Below, in pieces: positions 40,900 through 56,125 of a DNA stretch of 64,000 nucleotides. The position numbers and the translations under genes are program-made. Each line of letters begins with the position of its first letter. Position 1 is the first letter of the stretch. The DNA is from Octopus vulgaris. Its lineage: Eukaryota. The stretch covers positions 9,982,001 to 10,046,000 of the forward strand of contig OX597823.1 of the NCBI GenBank assembly GCA_951406725.2, read 5' to 3'. The notes beneath the pieces are model-generated. The model was not told where the DNA came from. It did no database searches and saw only the letters and a list, made by a program, of their open reading frames with translations.

Positions 40900-41105
40900 A
40901 GCTAGCATTTCATCCACATTTAAGATCTGCTTAGCAGCAGTTCCCCCATCTTTATACTCTGAGTTTGAAATTCCGCTGAAGTCGACTTCGACTTTTTTCC
41001 TTTCGTACTCGATGAAATAGATACCAGTTGAGTACTGGGGTCGATATAATCGACTTAACGCCTCCAACCGAAATTACTGGCCTTGTGCCAAAATCTGAAA
41101 TCAGT
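40900..41105 (-). mobile_element. Degenerate SINE family B-related fragment
   Basis: ctgagtttgaaattccgctgaagtcgacttcg...ataccagttgagtactggggtcgatataatcgactt matches the family B domain; this motif reads in the same sense as the plus-strand copy at 24551, so the strand call is uncertain. Confidence 0.5.
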
Positions 41106-41259
41106 ATTATTTTGTGGGGGAACATTTCTTCATGCTATTCTTGTTGAAATTTTCTCTTCCTGCGTTTTAGAGTTTCAGTCGCAGTTGGCCAGAAATGTTC
41201 TGTCAGAACTAAAATGCTTCTTTACACACTTCACAAAACTCTGAAGTCGAATTAGGAAA

Positions 41260-41520
41260 TAGGGGAGACCGGGTCTAGTTGTTACATTTTTAATTCTCTT
41301 GCCTTGGTACCCGCATAAATAAACACAACTGAAGTTTTCTCAGATTTAATTAGTAAAACATCTCTGTTTATTGTTATCACCATCAAAAAACAGAAATTAC
41401 ATAGACAGGTTATATAATTAATTAGACAGGTTCTAATTAATGAGCTGGTGTCAGCTGTAACAATTTTCCCCGAGTGCAGGGTACGTTGTGACACTTACTG
41501 GGGTGCTTTGTTACAACTGT
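41260..41520 (+). mobile_element. Possible pogo/Tc1-type DNA transposon terminus
   Basis: TA|GGGGAGACCGGGTCTAGTTGTTACA with recurring tgt(a/t/g)aca subterminal motifs; no matching far TIR seen. Confidence 0.35.
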
Positions 41521-42287
41521 CGATAACTCGGAATTATGTTAAGAAACAAGTTTAAAATGAATACGTCTCTTGCTTCTTGCATCTAGGAGGTATTACTTCA
41601 ATTAATTAACTGTGCTTTGAACCACCTCATATCCTAGCTGTGATACTGTGAGTCCTCATCAGCCAAGTGGATGTGAGATGCTTGCACAAAAAGAATACAA
41701 ACGCTGCCACGATAAAGTGTGTGTGTATCTTCATTAGCTCTTATGCCGTAAATGCCAATATGGAGTAACAGAGGACTGGTGTGAGCATGTACCACGTAAA
41801 GTTATACAGGAGGATGGTGCCCCAACCACGTTTAAAAAATTGAAAAAGTAAAAGACCAATTTGAATTTCTAATAATTTTCCAGCAAATCCGGGCACCCTT
41901 GGAGCGTGCCCCATGTTCACCGATACTCGTGCCGAACTGCATATCTTCCTCTGTCAGCTAAACTGCAAAATCACTCCATTTACTAACTATTACATATCTT
42001 TCTATCTAAGTGGAGACTGCAAGCCGTCTCTAACACCCATATCTATCTTGTCCGCTTCACTAAGTTAGAAACTCGTGTGTAAAGGTTCCTTTCAATGTTA
42101 TCTTTCATTAATCCTAGTTATAATAATTTTCTCCTCCGCCAAAATTCGGGGACGCAAAATGCTACATTACTAAACTGTTATCTGTATGGGGGGGAAAAAA
42201 ACCCCAAATGAAACGAAACTGTCTCTGCTACCTGTGTAGTAACAACATTCTTTGAATGTATTTCCATGCGTTTGAGAAATATTTCCC

Positions 42288-42288
42288 T

Positions 42289-42350
<62 letters not shown>

Positions 42351-42461
42351 ACTACCACCATTACTACTACCACTACTACTACTACTACCACCACTACTAC
42401 TACTACTACTACTATTATTACTACTACGTCTACTACTACTACTACTACTATTACTACTACG

Positions 42462-42503
<42 letters not shown>

Positions 42504-42564
42504 GCTGCTGCTACTACTACTACTACGACGACGACTACTACTACTACTGCTGCTGTTGCTGCTG

Positions 42565-42611
<47 letters not shown>

Positions 42612-42675
42612 GCTACTGTTGCTCTCGCCTCCACCATCACCAACAACGCCATCACCACCACCACCGCCATCACCA
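42288..42675. repeat. Compound trinucleotide array (CTA)n/(CTG)n/(CCA)n
   Basis: Direct tandem repeats; they generate the poly-L/Y/V ORFs. Confidence 0.95.
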
Positions 42676-43247
42676 TGTCCATCTTTTTTGTGTTAGTTTT
42701 TCTTTTTTTTTTTTTTTTTGCTAATATTGACTTTTTTTCTTTCTTTTCTCTATTCCCCTTTGCTTCTTTTTTCCCAAAAAGAACTTTTCGCCGAAATTCT
42801 ATCCGTGCAACACATAAATCGCTCCTAATTAAAGCATCCAGTAAGCCGCGAGTAGAAAGCTAACTCTGCTTCCTTGTCAACGAGCGAGGTGAGCTGCTTA
42901 CATAAACATATTCCAATGTTTATTTATATTCCGCATTTCATCGCACGTCCCTCTCGACCCCCTCCTAACAAAATGGCTTCCCTTATCTCCGTCTTTTATC
43001 GTTTCTTCACTTTCCTTCGTCTAGCTTCTACATCTTTTCTTTAACATCCACCCCCCCCCACCGCCCACCTCAGATGTTCTGCGATTAAATTATTAGAGAA
43101 AGAATTTCTCCTCTTAATCCTATTCATTCGAATAAATTTGTTGTATTACAGACTTGCTTAATCCTCTGAATCTCCTACCCGTAGCACCCACATACCCCCC
43201 ACACACACAACGTCTGCTTCTCTACAATGCTGCTATTGTCATTCTCA

Positions 43248-43461
43248 ACACCACCACCACTACCTACACCTACACCACCACCTACACCACCACCACCTAT
43301 ACCACCACCACCACCACCACCACCACCACTACTACTACTAATAGTAATAATAATAATAATAATAATGATACCAACACCAATACCTTTGCTACTACTTCTG
43401 CCTCCACCAACACCACAGCACCAAAACCACCATCCCCACCACTACCACCACAACCACTACC

Positions 43462-43492
<31 letters not shown>

Positions 43493-43545
43493 CCAGCAAC
43501 ACCACCAACAACACCAACGCCACCACCTTTACTACTTCAAACAAC
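43248..43545. repeat. (CCA)n/(TAA)n/(CAA)n low-complexity array
   Basis: Direct tandem repeats, decaying into ACC-rich sequence up to ~45700. Confidence 0.85.
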
Positions 43546-45367
43546 ATCATCGTAGATCCACTAACAGCAATTACATCTTTCATTGCTCTCATCACTCACA
43601 ATACTATCAATTAATATAATGAAAATCTTTATTGTTGCCGCAAAAGTGGATTGAAAATACCACTATTGTAAATGTTATCAAAGCAAACAGAATTTCAGCT
43701 ACCATTGGTACGAGCATCAACGACTTACATAATCTTCATTATCAGCAGCATCAATACCATTAACAACATTACCACTATTTGTAGGGACATCAAAACCTGT
43801 AGCACTATCAAAACCTCACTTATTTCCGCCAGTATTGATACCCTAAAGCTTGTTGACTTAAATTGTCACCCAGATTTATATCTACATTGGAACACATCGG
43901 TAAGAGCTGGTCTTGTATATGTTTGCTCATCCACTTGTATAGTTATTTTAGAGAGGTTGCCTTTAGATACAATCCCTATTTTCGTAACCCAACCATGTTT
44001 AAGCAAGGTAACTTTTACCACCTTAGGACCGATTCACCTTCAGGATAAATGTTGTCACAAACGTTCTTCTCAAGACAAAGACTTGGAACAAAATCCGCAA
44101 AACATCTTGCAGGATGAAATAAAACTTATGATAATTCACCACCTTGGATCGGTATTTTCTAATAGGCCGTGGAGGGACGAAAGTCAAAGTGTGACCTCGG
44201 CGAGATTTGAACTCATAACGCAGAGAATTGTCTATAAATCACAAGGCATTTTACCTAACGCTCGGGAGACTTCGCCATCTTCACTTATTTAAGCGATCAC
44301 CTTGTTGTTGCCTACATTTAGCGATGCTACTCTATTGGAAGTATTATGTCTTAAGATAAGTTGCTCCCAACAGCCATCGAGACTACTTCCCTTCACCTGG
44401 CTATGTCATTAAAAATACTAAATAAAAATATCCCCTCAAGACCCCTAATTCCGCAGCCATTTCTAGCACAATCAATTCTACTAACCCAAGGGCCCATTAT
44501 ATCCAAATAATGACCACAGTCACTACCATTGTTATTCCTATCACTGACACACAATGGTTACCAACAGTAACAAACCACCATTAAAACTTATCTCACATTA
44601 GCACCGCCAACTCCAACAACACTATGCCTAGTTCTATTATCATTGGTATCATTAAATCACTCCAATTTCACCATCAACACTACGATCAGGTCTACAGTTA
44701 TTACTCTTATTAAAATAAAATGTCGTCAACACCAACCGCTCTGCCAGAATGACAATCTAATCAATTATCTTTGTAACCATTAAAATACACCACTATCGCC
44801 AACATGGCAAACAGTTTTCTAATAATTGTCACCACGGAACGATCATCAAAACCAGCATCCTCACCAATATCACTGCCCGCCCTATTATCATCGCTAACAT
44901 TGAAACACGCTGCTGTCACCACCAACTATTACCCGTTCGTTCTATTATCTTGACCGACACAAAAATCACATTCACTTTTACACCATCACCAACTCCACCG
45001 ACATTTCTACAATTATTTCAACTGTTGATATATTCTACCTTCGACACCACCAAATCTAACGGCAGCACAGGCAGTTCTATCGTCCGCACCACAATTAAAA
45101 TACATCACCTGTAGTGTCACTAGCGGTTCCACCGACACCATAGCCATTATTATTACCACTGTCACCACTAAAATACACCGCCACTAACACCACCACCAAC
45201 ACCACCACGAACGCTAAAGTTACTACCAAAAAACACCACTATCAAACTCTATAGTTATCGTGTCACCAGTAAATCATATCACCCTCAATACTTCCAGCAG
45301 CATCAATCCTACAAGCAATTCGATTATCATCGTTACCATCACCACCATCTCCACCAATAGCGTTACC

Positions 45368-45602
45368 TATTTCTTTACTACCCACAAGGGGCTAAGAACA
45401 GAAAGGACAAACAAGAACAGACAAAGGGATTAAGTCGATTATATCGACCACAGTACGTAACTACTACTTAATTTATCAACCCCGAAAGGATGAAAGGCAA
45501 AGTCGACCTCGGCGGAATTTGAACTCAGAACGTAACGGCAGACGAAATACGGCTACGCATTTCGCCCGGCGTGCTAACGTTTCTGCCAGCTCACCGCCTT
45601 AT
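45368..45602 (-). mobile_element. SINE family B, full length, 15-bp TSD
   Basis: Reverse complement of 51301-51530; TSD accaatagcgttacc at 45353-45367 and 45603-45617. Confidence 0.95.
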
Positions 45603-46229
45603 ACCAATAGCGTTACCAATGCCACTAACCCCACCAACCTCACCGACACCACCAACACCACCTGCACTGCCAACTACATGAACCTCACTAAGTCCACCAA
45701 CTCTGGAGCCGTCCCTACGATACTGCCATCATTACAACACGTTCTGGTCAACACTTATATCTTCAACACGCCCTGATCAGGGAATAATCTGTTTGTTGGC
45801 TCAATCTTTTAACGAACAGCAACTTACGACTCTCTTAAAAATCACATTGTAATATTTTGCGAAATGGGAAGAGAAGTGAAATATCGTAGTTTCGGTGGCC
45901 AAGCTATTTCTTAGGTATAATTCTCTAAAAAGGAAAAGAAAGCGCATATCTTTTTCGAACATAGTTTCGAATGATCAGAGCTAACCTCGGACTATAAAAA
46001 GGACAACGACCATGCTTCCATTGCCATTGCATTTAATGCTACAAGCATTGCAGCCACAAGTACAGCACTGCCAAGCACCATTACCACAATAATTGCCACA
46101 ACGAGTGCCCAGACCATTAAAAGCTGCAACCTTCGAAACGGGTTTCAACATTTCAGTAAAAATAAAGGACAAACGAGAAACTGAAATCTCTCAAAATGAA
46201 CTTGTATCGACAAAGTTTGCGAAGAGAAC

Positions 46230-46636
46230 TAAATAGATAGAGATAAGGGAAGATTGACAGATTAAGAGAGAAGCAAAGAAAAAGGGGAAGGAAGAAAGAG
46301 AGGGAGAGAGAAGGAAAGTAAGAAGTAAAGAAAGACAGTAAGCACAACGAGAGAATGGGTTGAAAAACTGATAGCAAGGAGCAGAAACAAGCTTTGCAAA
46401 AGGAACTAAACAGAGAGAGAGAGATAAGGAAGGATAGTGTGATTAAAAGAGAAGGGGAGAGAGAGAGAGAGAGTGTAAGAGAAAGCGAAGGACTAAAGAA
46501 TGAAAGTATAAAGAAGGAAAAAGAGAGGGAATGAAAGAAAGATTAAAAGGAAGCGCGAATGAATAAAGTGACTGACAACAAGGAGGAAAGACTAGAGTGA
46601 GAGAGAGAGAGAGTGAGAGAGAGAGAGAGAGAGAGA
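46230..46636. repeat. Long purine-rich (GA/GAA) tract
   Basis: Strongly A/G-biased plus strand with (GA)n runs. Confidence 0.8.
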
Positions 46637-48421
46637 TGTTTGTGAACGGCAGGAAAAGATTTTGGTTATCTGCCTATCACTCACCATTTGTTTTTGCGTT
46701 TGTCTCTTTCTTTTGTTGGTTCTGTTGTATTTTGAGTGTATATTTGTTGGCAGCCATTTTCAGGACTACGTCTTATTTGATTGACTTGGAGGAGGCTCCT
46801 GCCACTGTTCTCATCTGATGAAGGAGACTACAATATAAAGCAAAAGATAGTCATAAAAACAATTCGTAAAAGAGATTGCAATGGGATTTGCTAGACGGAT
46901 CGTCGAAAGAATAAAGTAAATTGAAGGAGCTGAATAGAAGGAAATTTTGTGAGAAAGGAGGAGAAACCGAAAGATAAAAACAAATGTAAACAAACGAAAT
47001 GTTACAAAACCTAACAACCAAAAATGACAGGAGAAGCGAAATAATAAAAAAAAAAGAAGAAAAAAAAAAGCAATGAGAATCAGAAGACATAAATAAACGT
47101 GAAAGAGAAGAATCAGAAACGAAGTAGAAAAGACAAACTGAATCGTTGAAATAATTTGAAGTAGTGGATTGTAACCATCATATTGATCGTTATGGGCTGA
47201 GCAAAACCATGTGTAAACGGGTGTTTTATGTAACTGCATTTACGGATCTACTTATATGAGCATGTATATACAATATATGTATACAGACACGCACACACAC
47301 ACAGAGACATATATACGCAAATTTATGTATGTGTATTTGTCTATGTATGTGAATTCGCACTCGTAGGAATGTACGGGTGCTTATAGATGTACATGGGCGT
47401 ACATCTATGAGTGTAAGATATACACGAATATACAGCCGTGCAAGTAGTGATGTATGAAGCTATCTCTACGTCTAGGTATATCTTCACTTCACAGCATATG
47501 TGTGCGAGTGTGTATGCTGCGGGGGGGGGGAGGGTGCGGATTGCGCTTATATAATTTTAAATCATAATATATTAACGGCCATGAACATATTGGAAATTAT
47601 GTGCATGCACACGGACACCCGAATGAATATGATTGCATGTTATAAGGAATTGTGTGCTAAAAGAAAATCTCTAAATCTCAATGTGAATCATTGATATCTT
47701 TATGTCTTTTGTTGTACCATAACCTCGCCAGTGCAATGTATTTTGCCAGAGCGCAGTCTATATTTTTGACTTTTCCCTTTTTTTTAAAAAAAAAAAATCC
47801 TGACAGTATGTTTAAGAACTTTTATCTTCTAAGAGTGTTCTTTTCTTTCACGAAATAAACCATAATTTATGTCGTGTCTTATCTCGAGAAATAAATCCGT
47901 TTTTCACATCCGTAATACTGTATATCACTGTAAATGCATTTGAGCTCTCAGCTTATTGAAAAATGATGCTTTTTGCTTAGGTTACACATTTTCGGGACTT
48001 TCCTGCAAAATGTCAAACGGAGATTACATAGTTCAGATGGGTTGACATGCTCCATTAATGAATATTGCACCTTGGTTTGTAATTGAAATAGATATCATAC
48101 GCCATTGTTATTCTGACGACAGAGATTGAGAATCACAGATTCTTTAAGGTTTCTGACCTGCAGAAAATAAATTGAATATTTTCAAGGACTGTAATATGTT
48201 TCACACAAAAACAAGAGTACTCCTGCGTAATATATACCTTGGAGGTTGGAGAGAGCAGGAGAGCCACTAATATTTCAAGTGTTGACAATTTCAATATATT
48301 TATTTACGCGCGAATATTGTAAGGTTGTTAAAACAATCCATTCTGCTGGGCGGGGAGGAAAGAGGTTCGATGCATCATTAAACAGCGTGAAATACTGTAA
48401 CGGAGTTGGTAAACCGGTTGT

Positions 48422-48635
48422 TACTCTTTTTTACTCTTTTACTCGTTTCAGTCATTTGACTGCGGCCATACTGGAGCACCGCATTCAGTCGAAGAAATCG
48501 TCCCAAAGACTTATTCTTTGTAAGTACTTATTCTATCAGGCTCTTTTGCCGAACCGCTAAGTTGTTGGGGACGTAAACACACCAGCATCCGTTGTCAAGC
48601 GATGTTGGAGGACAAACACAGACACACAAACATAT

Positions 48636-48683
<48 letters not shown>

Positions 48684-48843
48684 TACGGGCTTCTTTCAGT
48701 TTCCGTCTATCAAATCCACTTACAAAGGCTTTGGTCGGCCCGAGGCTATAGTAGAAGATACTTGCCCAAGGTGCCGCGCAGTGGGACTGAACCCGGAGCC
48801 ATGTGGTTGGTATGCAAGCTACTTACCTCAGAGCCACTCCTGC
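48422..48843 (-). mobile_element. SINE family A
   Basis: Reverse complement of the family A consensus. Confidence 0.9.
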
Positions 48844-48963
48844 TGTGTTATATCATTTTCAGACAAATCACGTCTAGAAATTTAAATGAATCCAAAGTTT
48901 TGCTGTTCTAAGTGATCCGTATTATATAATGATTATATAGTTGGTCAAGTTATTACTACATTT

Positions 48964-49012
<49 letters not shown>

Positions 49013-49420
49013 TACATACACATATATTCATTCTACAACTTATACCCAATCTCTCTAATAGGAGTCGATATTAAATGAAGGTGCAGAAAGAAAAAGAATC
49101 GGACTCTGAATACATTTATTCATCCGTGTGTCTCTTGGCTCACTTGCAGAGATCATAATACATATAATTACTGACGTTAAACGATTTATGTCATACGGGC
49201 AAGAAAGTTCTGAATCAACATTTAGATAAAGAAAAATAAAGTGTTTAGTCATAGTTCTTAAATCTGTAGCAATGGTCTCCTTGGAATTGTGATATCATAA
49301 AAAAAAAAGATATAATCTGCACAAGCTATTTTTATTGTTCTTATTGTGTGAGTCTCGCTGAGTGTATATTTTGTATTCTAAGCAAGCAACATAGCTGGAA
49401 CCAATAAGAATTAATAGTTA

Positions 49421-49965
49421 AAGCGGTGAGCTAGTAGAATCGTTAGAACGCCGGGAATAATGCTTAGCGGCATTTCGTCCGCTGAGGTCAAATCTACCTT
49501 CCATCATTTCTGGTTCGTTGAAATAAGTACCATCTGAGCATTGGTATTGATGTAATCGACTCATCTCATCCGCAGAAATTGCTGCTCTTGTACCAAGGTG
49601 TGGAACCAATATATTAGCGTTTACTTCAGGCGGTTAGCTGGCCAGAATAGTGAGCAGGCTGGTCAAAATGCTTTGTGATATTTCGTCTGCCGTTACGTTC
49701 TGAGTTCAAATTCCGCCGAGGTCGACTTTGGCTTTCATCCTTTCGTGATCGATAAATTAAGTACCAGTTACGCACTGTGGTCGATATAATCGACTTAATC
49801 CGTCTGTCTGTCCTTGTTTGTCTCCTCTGTGTTTCGCCGCTTGTGGATAGTAAAGAATTAGGTATTTCGTCTGCCTTTTGCCCTTGGTTAAAATTCCGTC
49901 GAAGTCGATTTTTTCTCCCACCATTTTAGGGTCGATAAAATAAGTACTAGTTGAGCACTGAGGTC
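49421..49965 (+). mobile_element. Tandem cluster of SINE family B copies and fragments
   Basis: Three successive B-domain copies (49421-49610, 49628-49865, 49862-49965). Confidence 0.85.
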
Positions 49966-50949
49966 GACTTTGTTGGCCGAGTATCAAACTTTGAAACAAA
50001 TATGTTGGTTTACTGTAAAATATAAGTCATTTTAATTATTTTATCGGATAGGAGATTTTGCTTCCGAATAATACTGTCGTATTATAGAAGAGCTTTTAGT
50101 ATAAGTATTATAATAACAATTGCATTGCTTTAAACGATAATTCGGGATTCTAGAAAATAAGATATTTCTTCTGCGAATGGGAACAGATTATTTAGACTGG
50201 AAAGGGAACAAAATTTATCTTTTTATATTTTAAAAATATTTTCATCATTTTAGATTCATAAAGTCAAAGTGGGATTCATTTGTCCAGTTTAGTGCCTAAG
50301 CTACTGTGTTGGGCGATCTTCACAGCCCTAAATTTATAGGGGTTTGATCTAGAAGAAGGGGATCCAACCATGGCTTTAGGTGCACCTCGAGACAAATGAA
50401 ATTGGAAGAGGGGAATGATTGTATTGAACAAATATAAAATAATAGCTACTGGAAAATAAAAAAAAACAAGAAACATATTCCAGTAAGGTAACTTCTTTGG
50501 TAGCAAGACCAAGATAAATTGGTTACCACTTCTTCTGGGGAAGAGCGCACAATATGTAAGTGTGCCAGTCTGAAACCCATGAGTGGCGTTGGCATGAGAC
50601 TAGTCAACATCGACGAGTAGAAGCCATAGATATAGCGTTAGAGAAGCCGTCTAAGAAGACACCAGGTCAGTGGAGGAACTATAGTGTTTCACTAAGCCGA
50701 AGTTCATTTTCTTGAATTTTGTGAAACTGTACCTTCGGCAAGCTGCATAGATTTTAGCGTATCGAATATTTCTTAGGTTTCTAGTTATGCTGGTCTTTAA
50801 AGTATTGCTAACTCTCGAAGATTTGATTTTTTTTTTTCAATTTGGAACACACACGGTAGAGTCTTATTGCGATTTGTGTGTGTGTGTTTAGTGTGTGTGT
50901 GTGTGTGTGTGTTTGTGTTTGGTGTTTGTGTGTGTGTGTGTTTGTGTTT

Positions 50950-50995
<46 letters not shown>

Positions 50996-51300
50996 TGTAA
51001 CAAGGGTTGGAATTTAAATGGAATGACAAGCAATTATACTCTGAAATTCTAACAACTTGTCTACATCTTCCAATGTAATTTGTTTGATTTTAGTTCCTGT
51101 ATTCAAAAATAATAATTCAGAATAGAGTCCCAATACACAAAGGGTTTGGACACCTGTAGAACCGAGATATATGCACATAAAGTATGAGCAAATATGACAA
51201 CCGAACACTCGATCCATTCTAAGCGTAGTGCTTTATAACATAACTGCATACGTATATACATATATATACATACATAGATGAATATGTATATGTGTGTAAA

Positions 51301-51530
51301 AGGCGGCGAGCTGGTAGAAACGTTAGTACGCCGGGCGAAATGCGTTGCCGTATTTCGTCTGCCGTTACGTTCCGAGTTCCAATCCGCCGAGGTCGACTTT
51401 GCCTTTCATCCTTCTGGGGTCGATAAATTAAGTACCAGTTACGCACTGGGGTCGATGTAATCGACTTAGTCCGTTTGTCTGTCCTTGTTTGTCTCCTCTG
51501 TGTTTAGACCCTTGTGGGTAGTAAAGAAAT
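51301..51530 (+). mobile_element. SINE family B, full length
   Basis: aggcggcgagctggtagaaacgttag...cccttgtgggtagtaaagaaat. Confidence 0.95.
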
Positions 51531-52062
51531 ATATATATATGTGTGGGAGAATGTGTGTGTGTGTGTGTGTGCATGTGTGTGTGTGTCATAGCAAAGTCTA
51601 AAGAACAAATCATTTATTTCTATTGTTTGACGCCTTGTGTGAACTTTGATTATAAGGGTTGCAACCATGGCTAAACGTTCTTTGTTTTTTTTTGGGGTTT
51701 TTTTTTTTTGTAATCCTGTATCAAGACTCATTATCTAGCGTAGACACATTTATGACTGAGTTGTTCAGAAATTTGTGTTGCAGTTATGATGTTCCCTGTT
51801 TTTCTATCACCGTATGACGTCCTGGGCAATAATCCGTATCGAACACTGGTTCAATGCCAGGCTTGTGAGAGGAATTGCTTTGACGGAAGCAGATTGGAAG
51901 CTCTGATGGGAATTGTTCGTTTAATTTAAATGACCAATCTTATTTCATATTGTTTCGGAATACTCAGCCACTTAAACATTAATGTAACGAATCAGATAGT
52001 CAGTTCATGAGACCTTCGCAGAATCCGTCGTCTCATCTATCCTTCCTATTTTTTTAGACAAT

Positions 52063-52475
52063 GGCGCAGGAGTGGCTGTGTGGTAAGTAGCTTGCTAACC
52101 AGCCACATGGTTCCGGGTTCAGTCCCACTGCGTGACATCTTGGGCAAGTGTCTTCTGCTATAGCCCCGAGCTGACCAATGCCTTGTGAGTGGATTTGGTA
52201 GACGGAAACTGAAAGAAGCCTGTCGTATATATGTATATATATATATAAGTGTGTGTGTATATGTTTGTGTGTCTGTGTTTGTCCCCCTAGCATTGCTTGA
52301 CAACCGATGCTGGTGTGTTTACGTCCCCGTCACTTAGCGGTTCGGCAAAAGAAACCGATAGAATAAATACTGGGCTTACAAAGAATAAGTCCCGGAGTCG
52401 ATTTCCTCGATTAAAGGCGGTGCTCCAGCATGGCCGCAGTAAATTTACTGAAACAAGTAAAAGAGTAAAAGAGTA
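52063..52475 (+). mobile_element. SINE family A, full length
   Basis: Near-identical to 35287-35694; tail (aagagta)n. Confidence 0.95.
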
Positions 52476-53263
52476 ATGTAGTAAAATTTAAGAGATATTG
52501 CCTGCTATTTCCAGCATGCCTGGCGATTAGAAAGAGCTCGCCCCATCCACACGCGTAGGCAATTTCATTAGTAAATAGAGGTTGTGATTTGCATATTTAC
52601 CCAAGATCATTAGTAAAGTAAGTGAAGCGAATGGCTTCAACGGGAAATTGAAAGTGTGTTTGTAGACACGGGTCATTGGGAACTTATATTTTATTGTATA
52701 CTGCTCGCCTCACCTGTCATAAATTGACGCGAACTCACATAGCACAATATTTAATCGACTTGATCATGGCGCCTTCTGTAAGCAGACATATTGTTGCAGT
52801 AATTCTGGAAAGATTATTCATTCAGGAAACGTCAAGAGCCATCAAATTCAGACACTGAAATGATCAATACAAGCTCCCAGGAGAAGCACAGTATTTTGTA
52901 TGATACGTTAGAAATAATGTCTGATGGAGATTAGTTGGTCTTTCTTATCTTTATAGAATTCATGTCTTATACCGTGTCCTCCTAAGCAACAACGAATACA
53001 AACAGCAGCATCAACAAAAGCAACAATAACAACAACAACGACATTAAAAGCAACAACAACGAATGGCTAATATAGACAAAAATGTCAACAAAAAAATAGA
53101 TATGTAAAATATATATTTGGAAATTCACAAAAATATTAAATATACTCATATTGACTCACATTCTTATTTGCACATAACTACACACGTACACACACGAACT
53201 GATATATAGACACACAAACACTCACTCACACACACACACACATACATATATATATATATGCTT

Positions 53264-53309
<46 letters not shown>

Positions 53310-53892
53310 ATATATATGTGTGTAGATAAACATACAATACGTACAGAATAGAAAGTATATATACATAGCTACACAGACAAACGCACAGACGTACACACAC
53401 ACACACACATACACACAAATGCACAAACACACACACACACTCAAATAGCATCAACAATTTTCAAGTAAATTATTATGTTTAATAGGATATGATATATGTG
53501 CGTGCATATGTGTGTGTGTGTGACTGTCTACATAGAAACATATATATATATATACACACACTTATATGATAAACCATTAAACATAATAATTTACTAAAAT
53601 ATATTTGAAGATGATTATCAAAACCATAGCTAGTTTTTTTGATTGCGAATCTCAAGATAGACTTGTTTTTTAGTAGCATAAATCACTACCACCGCTGGTT
53701 TGACAAATATATGACAGTTATTGGTTTTCTTAATACCAATAGCCTTTTTTCATGTTATGTGTCTGATTTTGTTTAGCTTTTGTTCCTTAAAAATATCCAC
53801 TCTTCAGTTAGCAACATACTTATAATATCATTCCTCCGAAGCCAAACCACTTCGAAAGCTAATATCTTAATTTTTTCTCTTCTAGTCTGACA

Positions 53893-54600
<708 letters not shown>

Positions 54601-54857
54601 TATACTTTCATTACAGTTTAATTCAGTTCCACAGGATTTATATTTTCGTGGAAGCGTAGAACACGCCTAATGTATCCCATGTTAGTATCAGTGTAAGAGC
54701 TTTAAGAGAAGCGGAATATGGCTTCTAGGTGCTAGGCCACTTTTGATCAACTCTGTTCAGCCAGTATTAATGCCATAAAAGCGACACCAGCTACACTCTC
54801 TAGTCTAAAATATACATCTTTTGTTTCATTTTCTTTATAATTTCAATAAGAGATCTT

Positions 54858-55601
54858 CTTTCTTCTTTCTTTATTTGTTCTAGTCAACTGACTGCAGCCA
54901 TGCTGGAGCGCCGCCTTTAGTCGAACATTCTTTGTAAGCCTAGTGCTTATGTTATCTGTCACTTTTGCCGAACCGCTAAACTATGGCTACGTAAACACAC
55001 TATCATCGTCTGTCAAGCGATGGTGGAGGGAAACACAGATAGACAAACATATGAATATAGATACATACATACATACATATATATATATGTATATATATGT
55101 GCCGGTGTCTGGCTATCCATGATCTTTTATAGTTGGCCTGACTGCCGACATCCAACACCGCTTGTGACCATCTCCTATGATTTTGTCTTTAGGCTTTCAC
55201 TTCATACACGCCAGCTCAATTTGATTCGTTCTCAATCGAAATATACCTGTTGTTATTTTCTTGATGTTTTATATTTGTAATTGCGTACCATGTACTCCGT
55301 GTTTTGTCTTTGTTGCCGTACACATTCGCTAGCTTTCTTACAAAAAAATCTAATCGTTTTAGCTTAGCTTTCCGAATGTTTTATTGTCCTCTATTGCGTT
55401 TTTGTTCATTTATATTATAGTACATTATATTATATATTATATTATATTATATTATATTATATTATATTATATTATATTATATATTATATTATATTATATT
55501 ATATATTATATTATACTATATTATATATTATATTATATTATATTATATTATATATTATATTATATTATATTATATTATATTATATATTATATTATATTAT
55601 A

Positions 55602-55679
<78 letters not shown>

Positions 55680-55839
55680 CGACAGACTTCTTTCAGTTTC
55701 CGTCTACCAAATCCATTCAAAGGCTTTGATTGGTCCGAGGCTATATAGAAGACACTTGCTCAAGTTGCCAAGCAGTGGGACTGAACTCGGAGCCATGTAG
55801 TTCGTTAGCAAGATACTTACCACACAGCCACTCCTGTGC
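54858..55839 (-). mobile_element. SINE family A split by an insert and an (ATATT)n array
   Basis: Tail 54858-55060 and head 55678-55839; the intervening 55100-55610 is unrelated sequence plus a pentanucleotide array. Confidence 0.7.
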
Positions 55840-56125
55840 ATATATATACATGTATATATATATATAGCTGTGTCACTTTCATAGTGTTAATACCATTTGA
55901 CATAAGTTGACCAATGGAGAACTAGCAGTTAGAGACCATCTTGAATTCTCCTCATAACGATCATTCTACTTCTCTTATCTGATGAGATGGACGTGTACGG
56001 CGTGCCCACAAATTTAAGCCATATAAATCTGAGTCAAATTGTTATAGATCTGATTCTAATTCTTATTAAAAATACATATGTATATACGTAAGTATATTTC
56101 TATTCACATGTATGTATGATCATAC

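Noticed and set aside
41800-41920. IQEDGAPT resembling the Tc1/mariner QQDGAP motif
   Set aside because: Too short and degenerate to call a transposase fossil without a search.
42170-43619. Poly-V/L/Y and Thr/Pro/His-rich ORFs (mucin-like look)
   Set aside because: Trinucleotide arrays are open in several frames on both strands, and no splice or context support was seen.
43672-44292. 206-aa ORF
   Set aside because: It spans low-complexity DNA and a decayed SINE B fragment, with no recognisable domain.
46816-46835. CTGATGA hammerhead core
   Set aside because: No downstream GAAA with stem III and stem I complementarity.
52705-52860. Minus-strand exon candidate ending AG|GTGAG
   Set aside because: All frames from the plausible acceptors contain stop codons.
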